Source: Promethearchaeota archaeon (lineage in GTDB: Archaea; Asgardarchaeota; Lokiarchaeia; Sigyniarchaeales; SOKP01). From it: DNA of 64,000 bases. Positions within the stretch are counted from its first letter, which is position 1, and each line of letters begins with the position of its first letter. Shown in pieces: positions 30,951 to 40,552 of this stretch. The DNA lies in the NCBI GenBank assembly GCA_011364925.1, contig RDOA01000001.1, positions 127,128 to 191,127 of the forward strand, in the 5' to 3' direction. Position numbers and translations under genes: made by a program. The notes under the pieces are model-generated. The model had not been told where the DNA came from. It saw only the letters and a program-made list of their open reading frames with translations, and made no database searches.

Positions 30951-31904
30951 TTGACAAATTCAATTTTAAAGCCCGTTTCAATTATCATTCCAACAAAAAA
31001 CAGAGCAAAGTTTTTACCAGACTTAATTCAAAACTTATCAAATTTGAATTATCCGGAATACGAAATATTGATAATCGACGATTGCTCTACAGATAACACA
31101 AAAGATGTATTGAACCAATATCCAGTTAGAACTATTTCTCTAAAAAAATCAATGGGCTCTGCAAGAGCTAGAAATATCGGTATAAAAGAAGCAAAAAACG
31201 AAATTATTGCTCTAACCGATTCTGATTGTTTTGTTTCAAAAAATTGGTTAAGAGATTTAGTTCCTTACTTGAATACTTATGATGTTGTTGGCGGAAAAGT
31301 AATATTTTCCGACGATATCGAAAAAAAATTGAACCCATCAATCCCACACGATACCGTTTTAAGTAAAGATTCTCCCGTTAACTTTTTAAACACAAGTAGT
31401 ATGGTGTTTAGAAAAGATTTGTTTAACAAGACTCGAGGATTTTTAAGTCATAGATTAGAAGACGTTGAATTTTCTTGGAGATTATTAAAAAAGGATTTTA
31501 AACTATATTACGTAGCTAAAGGAATAGTTTTTCATCAAGGAACAAGAACGCCAATTCAGAATATCAAAAAGTATTTGCAATACGGGAAATCGTATTCTGA
31601 ATTATCCTCTCTTCATAATATGGAATTAAATAATAAATCAGAAAAATTGTTTGATAATAGGGCAGTCTGGAACTATACAAAACTAATATTGTGTCTAATA
31701 GGATTTTACATTGCCCTTCTCATTATTCTCCTTACGATTTCTAATGTTATTTTTTCGATTTCGTTTTTAGCTATTTCGTTATTTCTTACCTCATTCTTAA
31801 TTTTTCGGATTTTAAAACAAATAGACATTCTCTACAGATTGTATAAACTGAGCATATTTTTTAGTATAGTGATCTACATGATAATCTACATGCTAAAAAC
31901 ATAG
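30951..31904 (+). CDS. Glycosyltransferase family 2 with C-terminal TM helices
   Basis: SIIIPTKNR, IDDCSTD, ARNIG, TDSDC, EDVEFSWR. Confidence 0.9.
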   Translation: MTNSILKPVSIIIPTKNRAKFLPDLIQNLSNLNYPEYEILIIDDCSTDNTKDVLNQYPVRTISLKKSMGSARARNIGIKEAKNEIIALTDSDCFVSKNWLRDLVPYLNTYDVVGGKVIFSDDIEKKLNPSIPHDTVLSKDSPVNFLNTSSMVFRKDLFNKTRGFLSHRLEDVEFSWRLLKKDFKLYYVAKGIVFHQGTRTPIQNIKKYLQYGKSYSELSSLHNMELNNKSEKLFDNRAVWNYTKLILCLIGFYIALLIILLTISNVIFSISFLAISLFLTSFLIFRILKQIDILYRLYKLSIFFSIVIYMIIYMLKT

Positions 31905-31932
31905 AATTAGATCCTCTAATTTTTTTGTAAGG

Positions 31933-33069
31933 TCAATAGCCAAAGCGAGAAGCCGTTAGATCCGTGATTTCAGCAATATCTACTAATTCTTGTTTGGAAA
32001 AACTTGGGGAATAATAAGTAGGTTTATGTAGATGCCTAATATAATACTTTCTAATTTTTTCAAAATTGTTTAATGGGAGCTCGGTATGCTCTAGAATTTT
32101 ATCTATTATTTCTGCGGGATGGTCGCACAAATCTTCGTGTTTAACTATAAGAACAGATTTTCTAATCTCCCCATTAATTTCGAGAAGATCCATTACATAA
32201 TCATAGATGGATGACCAGTAATAAGCCCAACCTTTTACGTAAGTTTCTTCCTTTTTCCATAATCTTCGAATTCTACGAATAATTTCAGTATCTCCTGTAT
32301 TAATGCATTTTTGATAGTGACCGAATTCACTATGTCCAGTTATTTTATGCCAATCAGCTACTAAAGGATTTTTTTTTTCCATTTCTATAAAAAGGTTCGT
32401 TTGTTTAATGAGTGATGCTATGTGATTAACTGGATTCCGTATCATTAATAGAATTTTAACAGATGGGAAAATTTGATGCAAATATTCTAATCTAGTAATA
32501 TTATAGTTATTTTTTGCTAAATATCGCGGACGTTTTTGATTAATTAATAGTTTTCGTATGTGATCTCTATAAAATTGTTCAAAATCAGGATTTGACCCAT
32601 TCGCACCAATAACACTTGATACATTCTCATTGTGATTATTTATGAAAAAGTCTTGCCAAAATATTTCTTCTACAGCTTCTGGACTTTCACGGTTGACAAT
32701 GATCCCATCTTTGTGAATACGTTCTCTCGGTCTAGTAAAAAATCGTGACTGGTCAACGATTCGACTGAATCGGTGAGGGAAGTATGGTAGGGGAAGGTGC
32801 CTATATTTATGGGAAGCCAGATATGGATGTTTGCTCATCATTTCTAAAGTTATGGTTGTCCCTGATCGCGCAAGACCAGTAATGTAGATTGGCCTATCAA
32901 TTGTAAGGGCATCTATCTCTTCGCGGGATAGTAGAGTCTCAATTTTAGCAAGAGAGTACGACAGTTTTTTAAATGAAGCAAAAAATTTTGTCAGACCGTA
33001 ACCTGCGTAGCCTATATATGGAAGATCGTTGTTATTGTTAGCGGTGGTTTTTTTTTTAGGATATGTCAT
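31933..33069 (-). CDS. PAPS-dependent sulfotransferase family protein
   Basis: ITGLARSGTT (5'-PSB loop), MIRNP..HIAS (3'-PB), HEDL. Confidence 0.88.
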   Translation of the reverse strand: MTYPKKKTTANNNNDLPYIGYAGYGLTKFFASFKKLSYSLAKIETLLSREEIDALTIDRPIYITGLARSGTTITLEMMSKHPYLASHKYRHLPLPYFPHRFSRIVDQSRFFTRPRERIHKDGIIVNRESPEAVEEIFWQDFFINNHNENVSSVIGANGSNPDFEQFYRDHIRKLLINQKRPRYLAKNNYNITRLEYLHQIFPSVKILLMIRNPVNHIASLIKQTNLFIEMEKKNPLVADWHKITGHSEFGHYQKCINTGDTEIIRRIRRLWKKEETYVKGWAYYWSSIYDYVMDLLEINGEIRKSVLIVKHEDLCDHPAEIIDKILEHTELPLNNFEKIRKYYIRHLHKPTYYSPSFSKQELVDIAEITDLTASRFGY

Positions 33070-33147
33070 CGGAATCTTTTGCTTGCTCAGTCAATTTTGG
33101 GTTTATTAAAAGAACATTATTAATGCGAGTTATTTAATGTATATTAT

Positions 33148-33654
33148 TTACATAACAATAATCCCTACCAATGAAAAAGAGATTATCATCAAGAGTAGAT
33201 TAAGAATCAACCCAAGAAGTCCCAAGATATTACCGGCTTTTATTGCCTTGCTTTGAATTTCTGATTTTCTTGCTTTTATATTGAAAATTTTAGAGACAAC
33301 TCCAAATACAAATCCTAGGGCATTTAATATCCCAAATACAAACATTAGAGTATGTCGTACTGGAGCAGGAAGAAAATAGGGTTCTATAAAAATACTGGTT
33401 CCTAAGTTAAAGGTTGTAGCTAGTATTATTACTGAAACAATTCCAAAGGCTAAACTTGCTTTTGATAGAGGACGTGGACCAGTTTGTTTCAAAGGCCTCT
33501 GCTGTGTTCGATGAATAATCTGGGTTTCTTGCGATGCAGAATAGGTTTTTACTAACTCAGAATCTGGAGATGCATCTGTGAGCTTTTGTCCGCAGTCCTG
33601 GCAGAACTGTTGATTATGCATTTCTAATTTTGCGTTACAATTTGGGCAAAACAT
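33148..33654 (-). CDS. Zinc-ribbon plus 3-TM membrane protein
   Basis: MFCPNC..FCQDCG N-terminus and three TM helices; paralog of 46606 and 47227. Confidence 0.8.
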   Translation of the reverse strand: MFCPNCNAKLEMHNQQFCQDCGQKLTDASPDSELVKTYSASQETQIIHRTQQRPLKQTGPRPLSKASLAFGIVSVIILATTFNLGTSIFIEPYFLPAPVRHTLMFVFGILNALGFVFGVVSKIFNIKARKSEIQSKAIKAGNILGLLGLILNLLLMIISFSLVGIIVM

Positions 33655-33800
33655 AGGTTTTCATTATAGAATTTTAATAGGAAATAACAAATTATATTAG
33701 TTTCTAGATATTTACTATAATTTATATAATTTTATTCTAAACTTTCTGTAATCTTATTTAAATAAATAAATCACCTCAAATTAAGGTTCTGGGAATCAAA

Positions 33801-35312
33801 TTGAAAACGTACGATGTAATTTTCATTCATCCACCCCGACAGATAGAACTGGAGCAAAGCAAATTATTGAAATCTTATCGAAGTACATATATTTTCATTC
33901 CAATGGGAGTTTTTGCAATTGCTGATTTCCTTGAGAGAGAAGGTTTTGGAGTAGAAATAATAAATTATCCCTTAGAACAATATTTAAACCCAAATTGGTC
34001 GTTGAAAGATTACCTTCGCACGATTGATTTTAAAATATGTGGCATAGATTTACATTGGATACACAACGCTCATGGCGCTATCGAGATTGCTCGAACCGTC
34101 AAGGAAGTAAATCCTAACAGTAAAATAGTACTAGGAGGTTTTAGCGCGTCATATTTCCACGATCAGATTTTAAAATATTATGGAGTAATTGATGGTGTCA
34201 TAAAGGGAGAAGCTGAAGTTCCGCTCTTAGAATTCGCTCAAAAGACCGATCGAAATCAATCTTTAGATTCCATACCAAATTTATCTTTTCGGACAACTTC
34301 AAACCATATAAAATCAAATCCAATTAAATATGTAGCAAAATCTTTGGATGATCTTAATTTTTCGAATACCAAAATTCTCAAAAGTGCAAAACAGTACTTT
34401 GATTGCAGTAGAAAAATAATGGGAATCTCTTTCAATGTCCCAATTGGGAGGGGCTGTCCGTTTAATTGCCCTTTTTGTGGAGGTGGTCAAAGAGCCCTAC
34501 AAAGCGTGATTGGGCGAAGTAAGGTTGTTCTAAGGAATCCTGAAAAAGTTATTGAGGATATTACTACAATTGTAGATACTTATAATGTTCCCAGCTTATT
34601 TTTTGGGCATGGTTCCTATCCGGCTACTTTCAAATTTTGGAAAACTCTGTTTGGTCTAATACAAAAAGAAAAAATCGATATTGGAGGGGATCTAGAAATT
34701 TGGCGCTTACCCTTCCCAAAAGAGATGTGGCAAATATTCTATAAGACCTTTCCTCGTAGAAATTCATCAATTAGTATTTCTCCAAGAACATTATCTTCAA
34801 AAGTTCATCAAAGAGTAATGGAGATATGCGATCCAACCTTTAAATTTCCAAAAAATCAAATTGAAGGGCTCATAAAGAATGCAAATTTATATCAAAGAAC
34901 TTTAAGAATTTGGTTAACTGCCGGTTTTCCATTCCAATCCAGGCTGGATGTCCAAAAAGATTTTAACTTTGCTCTTAAATGTATGTATAAATATGGTAAA
35001 ACTAAATCAAAACCTATTTCAATAATGATTGAACCTTATCATATTTTCCCAGGTTCCCCCGCTTTTGAATCTCCTGAAACTTTTGGAATAAATCTAAATT
35101 ACAATTCTTTTTTACAACTTAAAGACTTTTTTAAAAATAACAAGATGTTATTTTTTTACAACGCAATAAATTACAATACAAATATCTTTTCGAGTGCAAC
35201 AATACGAAATTTGAATAAATTCTTATTTTTCAGCACAGCACTTACAATGATTACGACGGGGCATAAATCTCCCGAGAACAACTTTAAGGAAAAAAATGCT
35301 AAATATGAATAA
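33801..35312 (+). CDS. B12-binding radical SAM protein
   Basis: IPMGVFAIA, GIDLHW, LGGFSAS, GEAE, GRGCPFNCPFC, PGSP. Confidence 0.9.
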   Translation: MKTYDVIFIHPPRQIELEQSKLLKSYRSTYIFIPMGVFAIADFLEREGFGVEIINYPLEQYLNPNWSLKDYLRTIDFKICGIDLHWIHNAHGAIEIARTVKEVNPNSKIVLGGFSASYFHDQILKYYGVIDGVIKGEAEVPLLEFAQKTDRNQSLDSIPNLSFRTTSNHIKSNPIKYVAKSLDDLNFSNTKILKSAKQYFDCSRKIMGISFNVPIGRGCPFNCPFCGGGQRALQSVIGRSKVVLRNPEKVIEDITTIVDTYNVPSLFFGHGSYPATFKFWKTLFGLIQKEKIDIGGDLEIWRLPFPKEMWQIFYKTFPRRNSSISISPRTLSSKVHQRVMEICDPTFKFPKNQIEGLIKNANLYQRTLRIWLTAGFPFQSRLDVQKDFNFALKCMYKYGKTKSKPISIMIEPYHIFPGSPAFESPETFGINLNYNSFLQLKDFFKNNKMLFFYNAINYNTNIFSSATIRNLNKFLFFSTALTMITTGHKSPENNFKEKNAKYE

Positions 35313-35485
35313 TTATCTAAAAAATTGTGACCAATATAAAAAGAACAAACGAGTTATTTTAGTAGAGTTGCTTTTTAACTTATAGAGTAATTTTTAAATA
35401 TAATTTTAGTTTATATTTAAGAATACAATATCAAGAAGTTATGAATCTGAGATAATATACCCCTTAAGACAAAATAATAAGTGCC

Positions 35486-36178
35486 ATGAATACTACTCAA
35501 AAAACTACCACATTGAAGATAATATCAATCGTCCCTTTTGTTCTTGCCTCTATTCCAATTGCATTTGTTTATTTCTTTTTAAGAGATTTACCGTTATTGA
35601 GTTCTTCATTCGTTGAGTATGTTCATGCGGGTAACTCGATTTTCTTCCCCTTTCTCTCATCTCACACAATTATCTTTCAATTTACTACTGGTCATTTAAT
35701 TGATATTATTTTAGTAGTTAATTTTGTTACATTACTCGAAAGAATAGGCTATTACTATTACCAAAAGGTTTGCTTAAAAAGAAATTTCTTAGAATTATCT
35801 TCAGAAACGGGATTTATTGAATTTAATAAAATACAAGAGGAATTGCAGCTAAACTCAGATTTCTTACTGAACCTGAAAGGAGATCCAAATCCTATTTTAA
35901 ATGAAGAGCTATTAAATCTTAAAGATGAGAAGAAAAGTAGAATCTATGCCAACGATCTCTTTTATAAAAAAGGAGATTATGTTAGTATAACAAGTTTGAA
36001 ACATACTTTCTTTAACTCTTTTCGAAGAATGCGAAAAAGAATTACTCACCATTATAAGTATTCTTCTATCTTTCTAAACTCTTCAACTTATTGTTTTTCT
36101 ACGAATTATTCCCCTCCTTTTATAAGAAATTGTGCATTTTCTAATCCTTACACGAATATACAAAAAGAGGAGGGATAA
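35486..36178 (+). CDS. Hypothetical membrane protein upstream of the rSAM/prenyltransferase operon
   Basis: 230-aa ORF in very AT-rich DNA with 2 hydrophobic segments; no recognisable family. Confidence 0.5.
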   Translation: MNTTQKTTTLKIISIVPFVLASIPIAFVYFFLRDLPLLSSSFVEYVHAGNSIFFPFLSSHTIIFQFTTGHLIDIILVVNFVTLLERIGYYYYQKVCLKRNFLELSSETGFIEFNKIQEELQLNSDFLLNLKGDPNPILNEELLNLKDEKKSRIYANDLFYKKGDYVSITSLKHTFFNSFRRMRKRITHHYKYSSIFLNSSTYCFSTNYSPPFIRNCAFSNPYTNIQKEEG

Positions 36179-36263
36179 AAATTGAACAACCAATTTTTTA
36201 CTATTTTCAAATTAATATATAAAAACCAAAATAAAATAATAAAAAGTTTCAATCAAAAAGGAA

Positions 36264-37637
36264 GTGAAAATAATGGAATGGAATGAAGAAATTGAAGGTT
36301 TATATACGAAAATAACAGATATGACGCCTGAAACCTTCCGAGCCTCAGTTAAGCCGATGCTCCGCGAAGCCGCCGAAAAAACCGCTCGTTTAAGAAATTC
36401 TGGTTATGTAAGCAAGGATGACTTATTATCTGCTTTATTCGAGATTACACCACCAGCGTTTCAACCTACTGTTATAGAAGATCTAAAAACAATAGGAATC
36501 GATTCAGAGCGATACATACAATTATCATCAATTAGACAAGAATATGCTCGTACATGGGACGAAATTAGTGGTGCTTTTCTACCTGGTGTTTACCATTTTA
36601 CTATATATCTAACGGATCGATGCAACCAAAATTGTCTCCATTGTGCTGCTGCTGTGATGGAAAAACGTCCAGAATTTCCTACGGAAACCTGGATTGAAAT
36701 TATTGAGGATATAGAACAGAGCTTGCGAAAACAAGGTCGTCGAGGATGTTATATATGGTTTGGAGGAGAACCTACTATTCGCAAGGATCTTAAAGACTTA
36801 ATAAAATACTGTGGTGAAAAGGGCTATTATCAAGCACTTGCTACTAATGGAATTTTGTTTAATGATGAACTGGCGAAAATATGCGCAGAAGCTAAGATGA
36901 GTCATGTCTTTATTAGTTATGATAGTACAGATCCTAAGCGGGCCGCAAAAATTAGGGGGCATCCAAAAGCATACGAAGCGGCTGAAAAAGCGTTAGATTT
37001 AGCTGCAAAATATGGGCTTTTTACCATTGCTAATGTAACAGCACAAAAAGAGAATTTTGATGAATTAGATACATTAAGGGAATATTTTCAATCTAGGGGC
37101 GTAACTCCCTTTTACAGACCTCTAATCAAACAACGTTCAGCAGATTTAAATTGGGACGAAATCGGCTTAAATATAGATGAATATCGACAATTTTATGATT
37201 TTAGGAATAAACACGCTATTGAGGCTATCAGAAAAGGAGAAGCTTCTTCTCTCAATAAATTCTATACGTGGGATATGGTGCCATTTATGGAGTGTCCTAT
37301 GAATGATGAGGAAAGGACTGCAATCGAATGGGGTACAGGATGCCAAGCCTGCCGTTCAATCTCCGGAATTGATACTAATGGAGATGTATTCCCTTGCGAT
37401 TATCCCTCTGATTTAATTTTAGGTAACATTCTTGAGCAAAGCTGGGGAGAGATTATGGAAACCGAAATGTTTAAAGCTATTAGAGATAGGCAAATAAAAG
37501 GAAAATGTTCTACTTGCCATCATCTTGACATGTGCGGAGGAGGGTGTAGAGTTCATGCCGAAAACGAAACTGGTGATTTTTTAGCTTCTCTTCCGTTTTG
37601 CTGGCATAAAATTGATCATAAACATGAAAATTGTTAA
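36264..37637 (+). CDS. Radical SAM/SPASM enzyme with an N-terminal DUF2621/PCP_red-like module
   Basis: CNQNCLHC, FGGEP; SPASM GCQAC..GDVFPC..CSTC..MCGGGCR..FCW; N-terminal MEW..P..FR..AAEK..TPPAFQ..EDLK..GID module; start may be ATG 36273. Confidence 0.92.
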   Translation: MKIMEWNEEIEGLYTKITDMTPETFRASVKPMLREAAEKTARLRNSGYVSKDDLLSALFEITPPAFQPTVIEDLKTIGIDSERYIQLSSIRQEYARTWDEISGAFLPGVYHFTIYLTDRCNQNCLHCAAAVMEKRPEFPTETWIEIIEDIEQSLRKQGRRGCYIWFGGEPTIRKDLKDLIKYCGEKGYYQALATNGILFNDELAKICAEAKMSHVFISYDSTDPKRAAKIRGHPKAYEAAEKALDLAAKYGLFTIANVTAQKENFDELDTLREYFQSRGVTPFYRPLIKQRSADLNWDEIGLNIDEYRQFYDFRNKHAIEAIRKGEASSLNKFYTWDMVPFMECPMNDEERTAIEWGTGCQACRSISGIDTNGDVFPCDYPSDLILGNILEQSWGEIMETEMFKAIRDRQIKGKCSTCHHLDMCGGGCRVHAENETGDFLASLPFCWHKIDHKHENC

Positions 37638-37652
37638 TTTTGGCGAATTTTA

Positions 37653-39059
37653 ATGGAATGGGAAAAAGAAACTGAAGTACTATTTAACAAAATAGTGGAA
37701 CAAATGCCTCAGGGTTTTCGACCATCCGTAGAACCTATGATTGTAAAAGCTGCTGAGAAGAGATGTCTTGAGCGAAACGGTGCCTATATCAATAATGCTG
37801 ATGTGGTTACAGGAATATTTGATATTATTCCTGAAGCATTTAAACCCATCATGGTTGAAGATTTAAAATCTTTAGATATTGATGTGGAACGCTATATTGA
37901 GCTTAAAGAAATTAAGGATAGATTAAAAGTAGAATGGGAAAAGCTTGAAAGAGGCTTTCATCCCGGAAACATACATTTCGCTATGTATGTTACCGATAAA
38001 TGTAATCAAAAATGCATACATTGTGCTGCAGATGATCAAATACCTCGGCCAGAATTATCCACCGAACAATGGTGTCAAATAATAAAAAATGTTGAAACAG
38101 GATTGCGAAATCAAGGTAGACACGCTTGTTTCGTTTGGTTTGGGGGTGAACCTACGTTGCGTAAAGATATCGGTGAGATTATGAAGTTTTGTAAGGAAAA
38201 TGATTATATCCACGCATTGATTACCAATGGAGTCTGCTTTGACGAAAAATTCGTTAAAATGTGCAAAGATAATAATATAAGTCACGTATTTGTAAGTTTT
38301 GACAGTACAGATCCAAAGAAAAATGACAAAATTCGTGGATTTTCTAATTCCTTAGACTATGCTAAGAAAGCTATAGATTTATGCTTAAAGTATGGAATTT
38401 TCGTGTGTTCTTCAATTACAATAATGAAACAGAATGTAGATGAATTAGAAGATTTAAAAGCGTTGTCTGAAAAATGGGGTTCGCAACCTTATTTCCGGTG
38501 TGTAGTTAAACAAAATCGAGCAGCAGAATTTTGGGACGAAATCGGTCTTAATACGGAAGAATATAAAAAAATGTACGATTTTAAGTACAAACACGCCATT
38601 GAAACAATAAGACAAGGTAAAGCGGGAACACTACCAGCTTATGAAATATACGATATGGTACCTTTTATGGAAAAGCCTAAAAACGATAAAGAAATGGCTG
38701 CAATTGAATGGGGGGTTGGATGCTTAGCTTGTCGAACTATGATGGGGATTGGCATTGATGGTACAATATACCCTGCGGGATATCCTACAACATTAACTCT
38801 TGGAAACGCACTTGTGGATAATTTCGAGGATATTTTAAATTCGCAGTTGTATAAAGACATTCGGGATAGAAAGAAGATTAACGGTAAATGTGCTTCTTGC
38901 CATCATTTAGAGTATTGTGGGGGCGGATGTCGTGTAACTGCTGAATACATTACTGGTGATTTTTTCGGATCCTTCCCATTTTGTTGGCATGAAAACGATC
39001 AGGAGCATACATCTAAAGCTGAAAGCATAAAGACAGAAGAAACTGAAATAATTGAATAA
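37653..39059 (+). CDS. Radical SAM/SPASM enzyme, paralog 2, with an N-terminal DUF2621-like module
   Basis: CNQKCIHC, FGGEP, GCLAC..CASC..YCGGGCR..FCW; colinear with 36264. Confidence 0.92.
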   Translation: MEWEKETEVLFNKIVEQMPQGFRPSVEPMIVKAAEKRCLERNGAYINNADVVTGIFDIIPEAFKPIMVEDLKSLDIDVERYIELKEIKDRLKVEWEKLERGFHPGNIHFAMYVTDKCNQKCIHCAADDQIPRPELSTEQWCQIIKNVETGLRNQGRHACFVWFGGEPTLRKDIGEIMKFCKENDYIHALITNGVCFDEKFVKMCKDNNISHVFVSFDSTDPKKNDKIRGFSNSLDYAKKAIDLCLKYGIFVCSSITIMKQNVDELEDLKALSEKWGSQPYFRCVVKQNRAAEFWDEIGLNTEEYKKMYDFKYKHAIETIRQGKAGTLPAYEIYDMVPFMEKPKNDKEMAAIEWGVGCLACRTMMGIGIDGTIYPAGYPTTLTLGNALVDNFEDILNSQLYKDIRDRKKINGKCASCHHLEYCGGGCRVTAEYITGDFFGSFPFCWHENDQEHTSKAESIKTEETEIIE

Positions 39060-39095
39060 AAATAAATGATTAAAATCTAAAGAGGCGGGATTAAA

Positions 39096-40511
39096 ATGCG
39101 TGTACTTATTGTGTCTGGAAGCAGAGAGATTGTACATGTTATGGTTCCCCCTATAGGTGAAGCATATCTCGCAGCTTATCTTATAAAACAGGGACACGAT
39201 GTTAAAATACTTGATTTAACCCTTAGTGCTGATTATAAACATGATCTCGAAAAAGCCATTAGTTCTTTTAATCCCCAAATAATTGGGCTGTCTATACGAA
39301 ATATTGACTCGACAACATATCCTGGAAATTTATTTTTTTACTTACCTGTTAAGAATATTGTTTTGTATATTAAAGAGCTAGTTGAGCCTCAGGTTCCAGT
39401 TATATTAGGCGGTTCAGGATTTTCTATTTTTTCTGAAGAAATCCTTAAAGATTTAAATCACAATTTTGGCGTTGTTGGTGAAGGTGAATACGCATTTGCC
39501 GAAATTTTGAAATACATTGCTGATGGTAGAGATCCAAGAGAAGTTGAAAAGGGTATTTGTTTTGTCGATAATAATGGAGTTTATCATCAAAAACCTCCTT
39601 GGCATGTAGAAAACTTAGATGATTTACCTTTTCCTATACGAGATTTAATTGAAAACGATGCCTACTTTATCGACCCATTGAAAAAGTCTGGAACCTATTG
39701 GGGGAATATACAAACAAAGCGGGGCTGTTCTATGAATTGTATTTATTGCAGTTATCGATATGTTGAGGGATCGTATCCACGCTATCGTTCCCCTAAAAAA
39801 ATTGCCGAAGAGATTGAGTTAATGGTAAATAATTATGGAATTAAGAATATTTTTATTGTTGATAGTGTTTTTAATTTAGATTACGATCACGTTCAAGATA
39901 CTTGCAAAGAAATAATTAAAAGTAATGTGGATGTTAAATGGGGCGCAAACTATGCACCGAGCAAAAATTTTATTAATTTAATGCCACTCATGAAAGAAAG
40001 TGGTGCAGTGCATTTAGCAACTGGGATTGAGTCATTATCAGAAGAAATGTTGAAAAATATGCACAAAAATCGATCCCCAGACGATGCAATTCTTACTTCA
40101 CAAAAATGTATTGAGTTAGAGATTGAACAACTCATGCATATGATTGTTGGAGGTCCTGGTGAAACTCTAGAGACGATAAAAGCCTCCTTTAATCAATTAG
40201 AAACTATTAAGAGTTTTAATGGAGATTTATGGCAAGGGGATGGAGATGTATTGGTCTTTATAGGAATGAGAATCTACCCCCATACCCCTCTACAACTTAT
40301 TGCCGAACAAGATGGAGTAATTCAAATTGGTGAAAATTTGTTGAAACCTAAATTTTATATATCTCCCAAAATTAAAGAAGCAGATTTATTTAAGTTAGTC
40401 AGAGAATATGGTAAATCTAATCCAAGATGGATGATGCCAGGATTAGGTTTTAATAATCCAGATGGATTTGCTGAAATGAGCCAAGTACAATTTGCAATGT
40501 ACCAAAACTAA
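39096..40511 (+). CDS. B12-binding radical SAM protein, probable C-methyltransferase (TsrM / lipid-biosynthesis B12-rSAM-like)
   Basis: PPIGEAYL, LSIRNID, LGGSGFS, GEGE, IQTKRGCSMNCIYCSY..EG, GGPGET, GMRIYPHT. Confidence 0.88.
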   Translation: MRVLIVSGSREIVHVMVPPIGEAYLAAYLIKQGHDVKILDLTLSADYKHDLEKAISSFNPQIIGLSIRNIDSTTYPGNLFFYLPVKNIVLYIKELVEPQVPVILGGSGFSIFSEEILKDLNHNFGVVGEGEYAFAEILKYIADGRDPREVEKGICFVDNNGVYHQKPPWHVENLDDLPFPIRDLIENDAYFIDPLKKSGTYWGNIQTKRGCSMNCIYCSYRYVEGSYPRYRSPKKIAEEIELMVNNYGIKNIFIVDSVFNLDYDHVQDTCKEIIKSNVDVKWGANYAPSKNFINLMPLMKESGAVHLATGIESLSEEMLKNMHKNRSPDDAILTSQKCIELEIEQLMHMIVGGPGETLETIKASFNQLETIKSFNGDLWQGDGDVLVFIGMRIYPHTPLQLIAEQDGVIQIGENLLKPKFYISPKIKEADLFKLVREYGKSNPRWMMPGLGFNNPDGFAEMSQVQFAMYQN

Positions 40512-40552
40512 AATATGAAAAAAATATAAAAAAAGAACGAGGATAAAATAGA

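Noticed and set aside
36264-39059. Assignment as ahbC/ahbD, pqqE or mftC
   Set aside because: Shared SPASM motifs only; no heme, PQQ or mycofactocin partner genes, and the N-terminal module is foreign to those families
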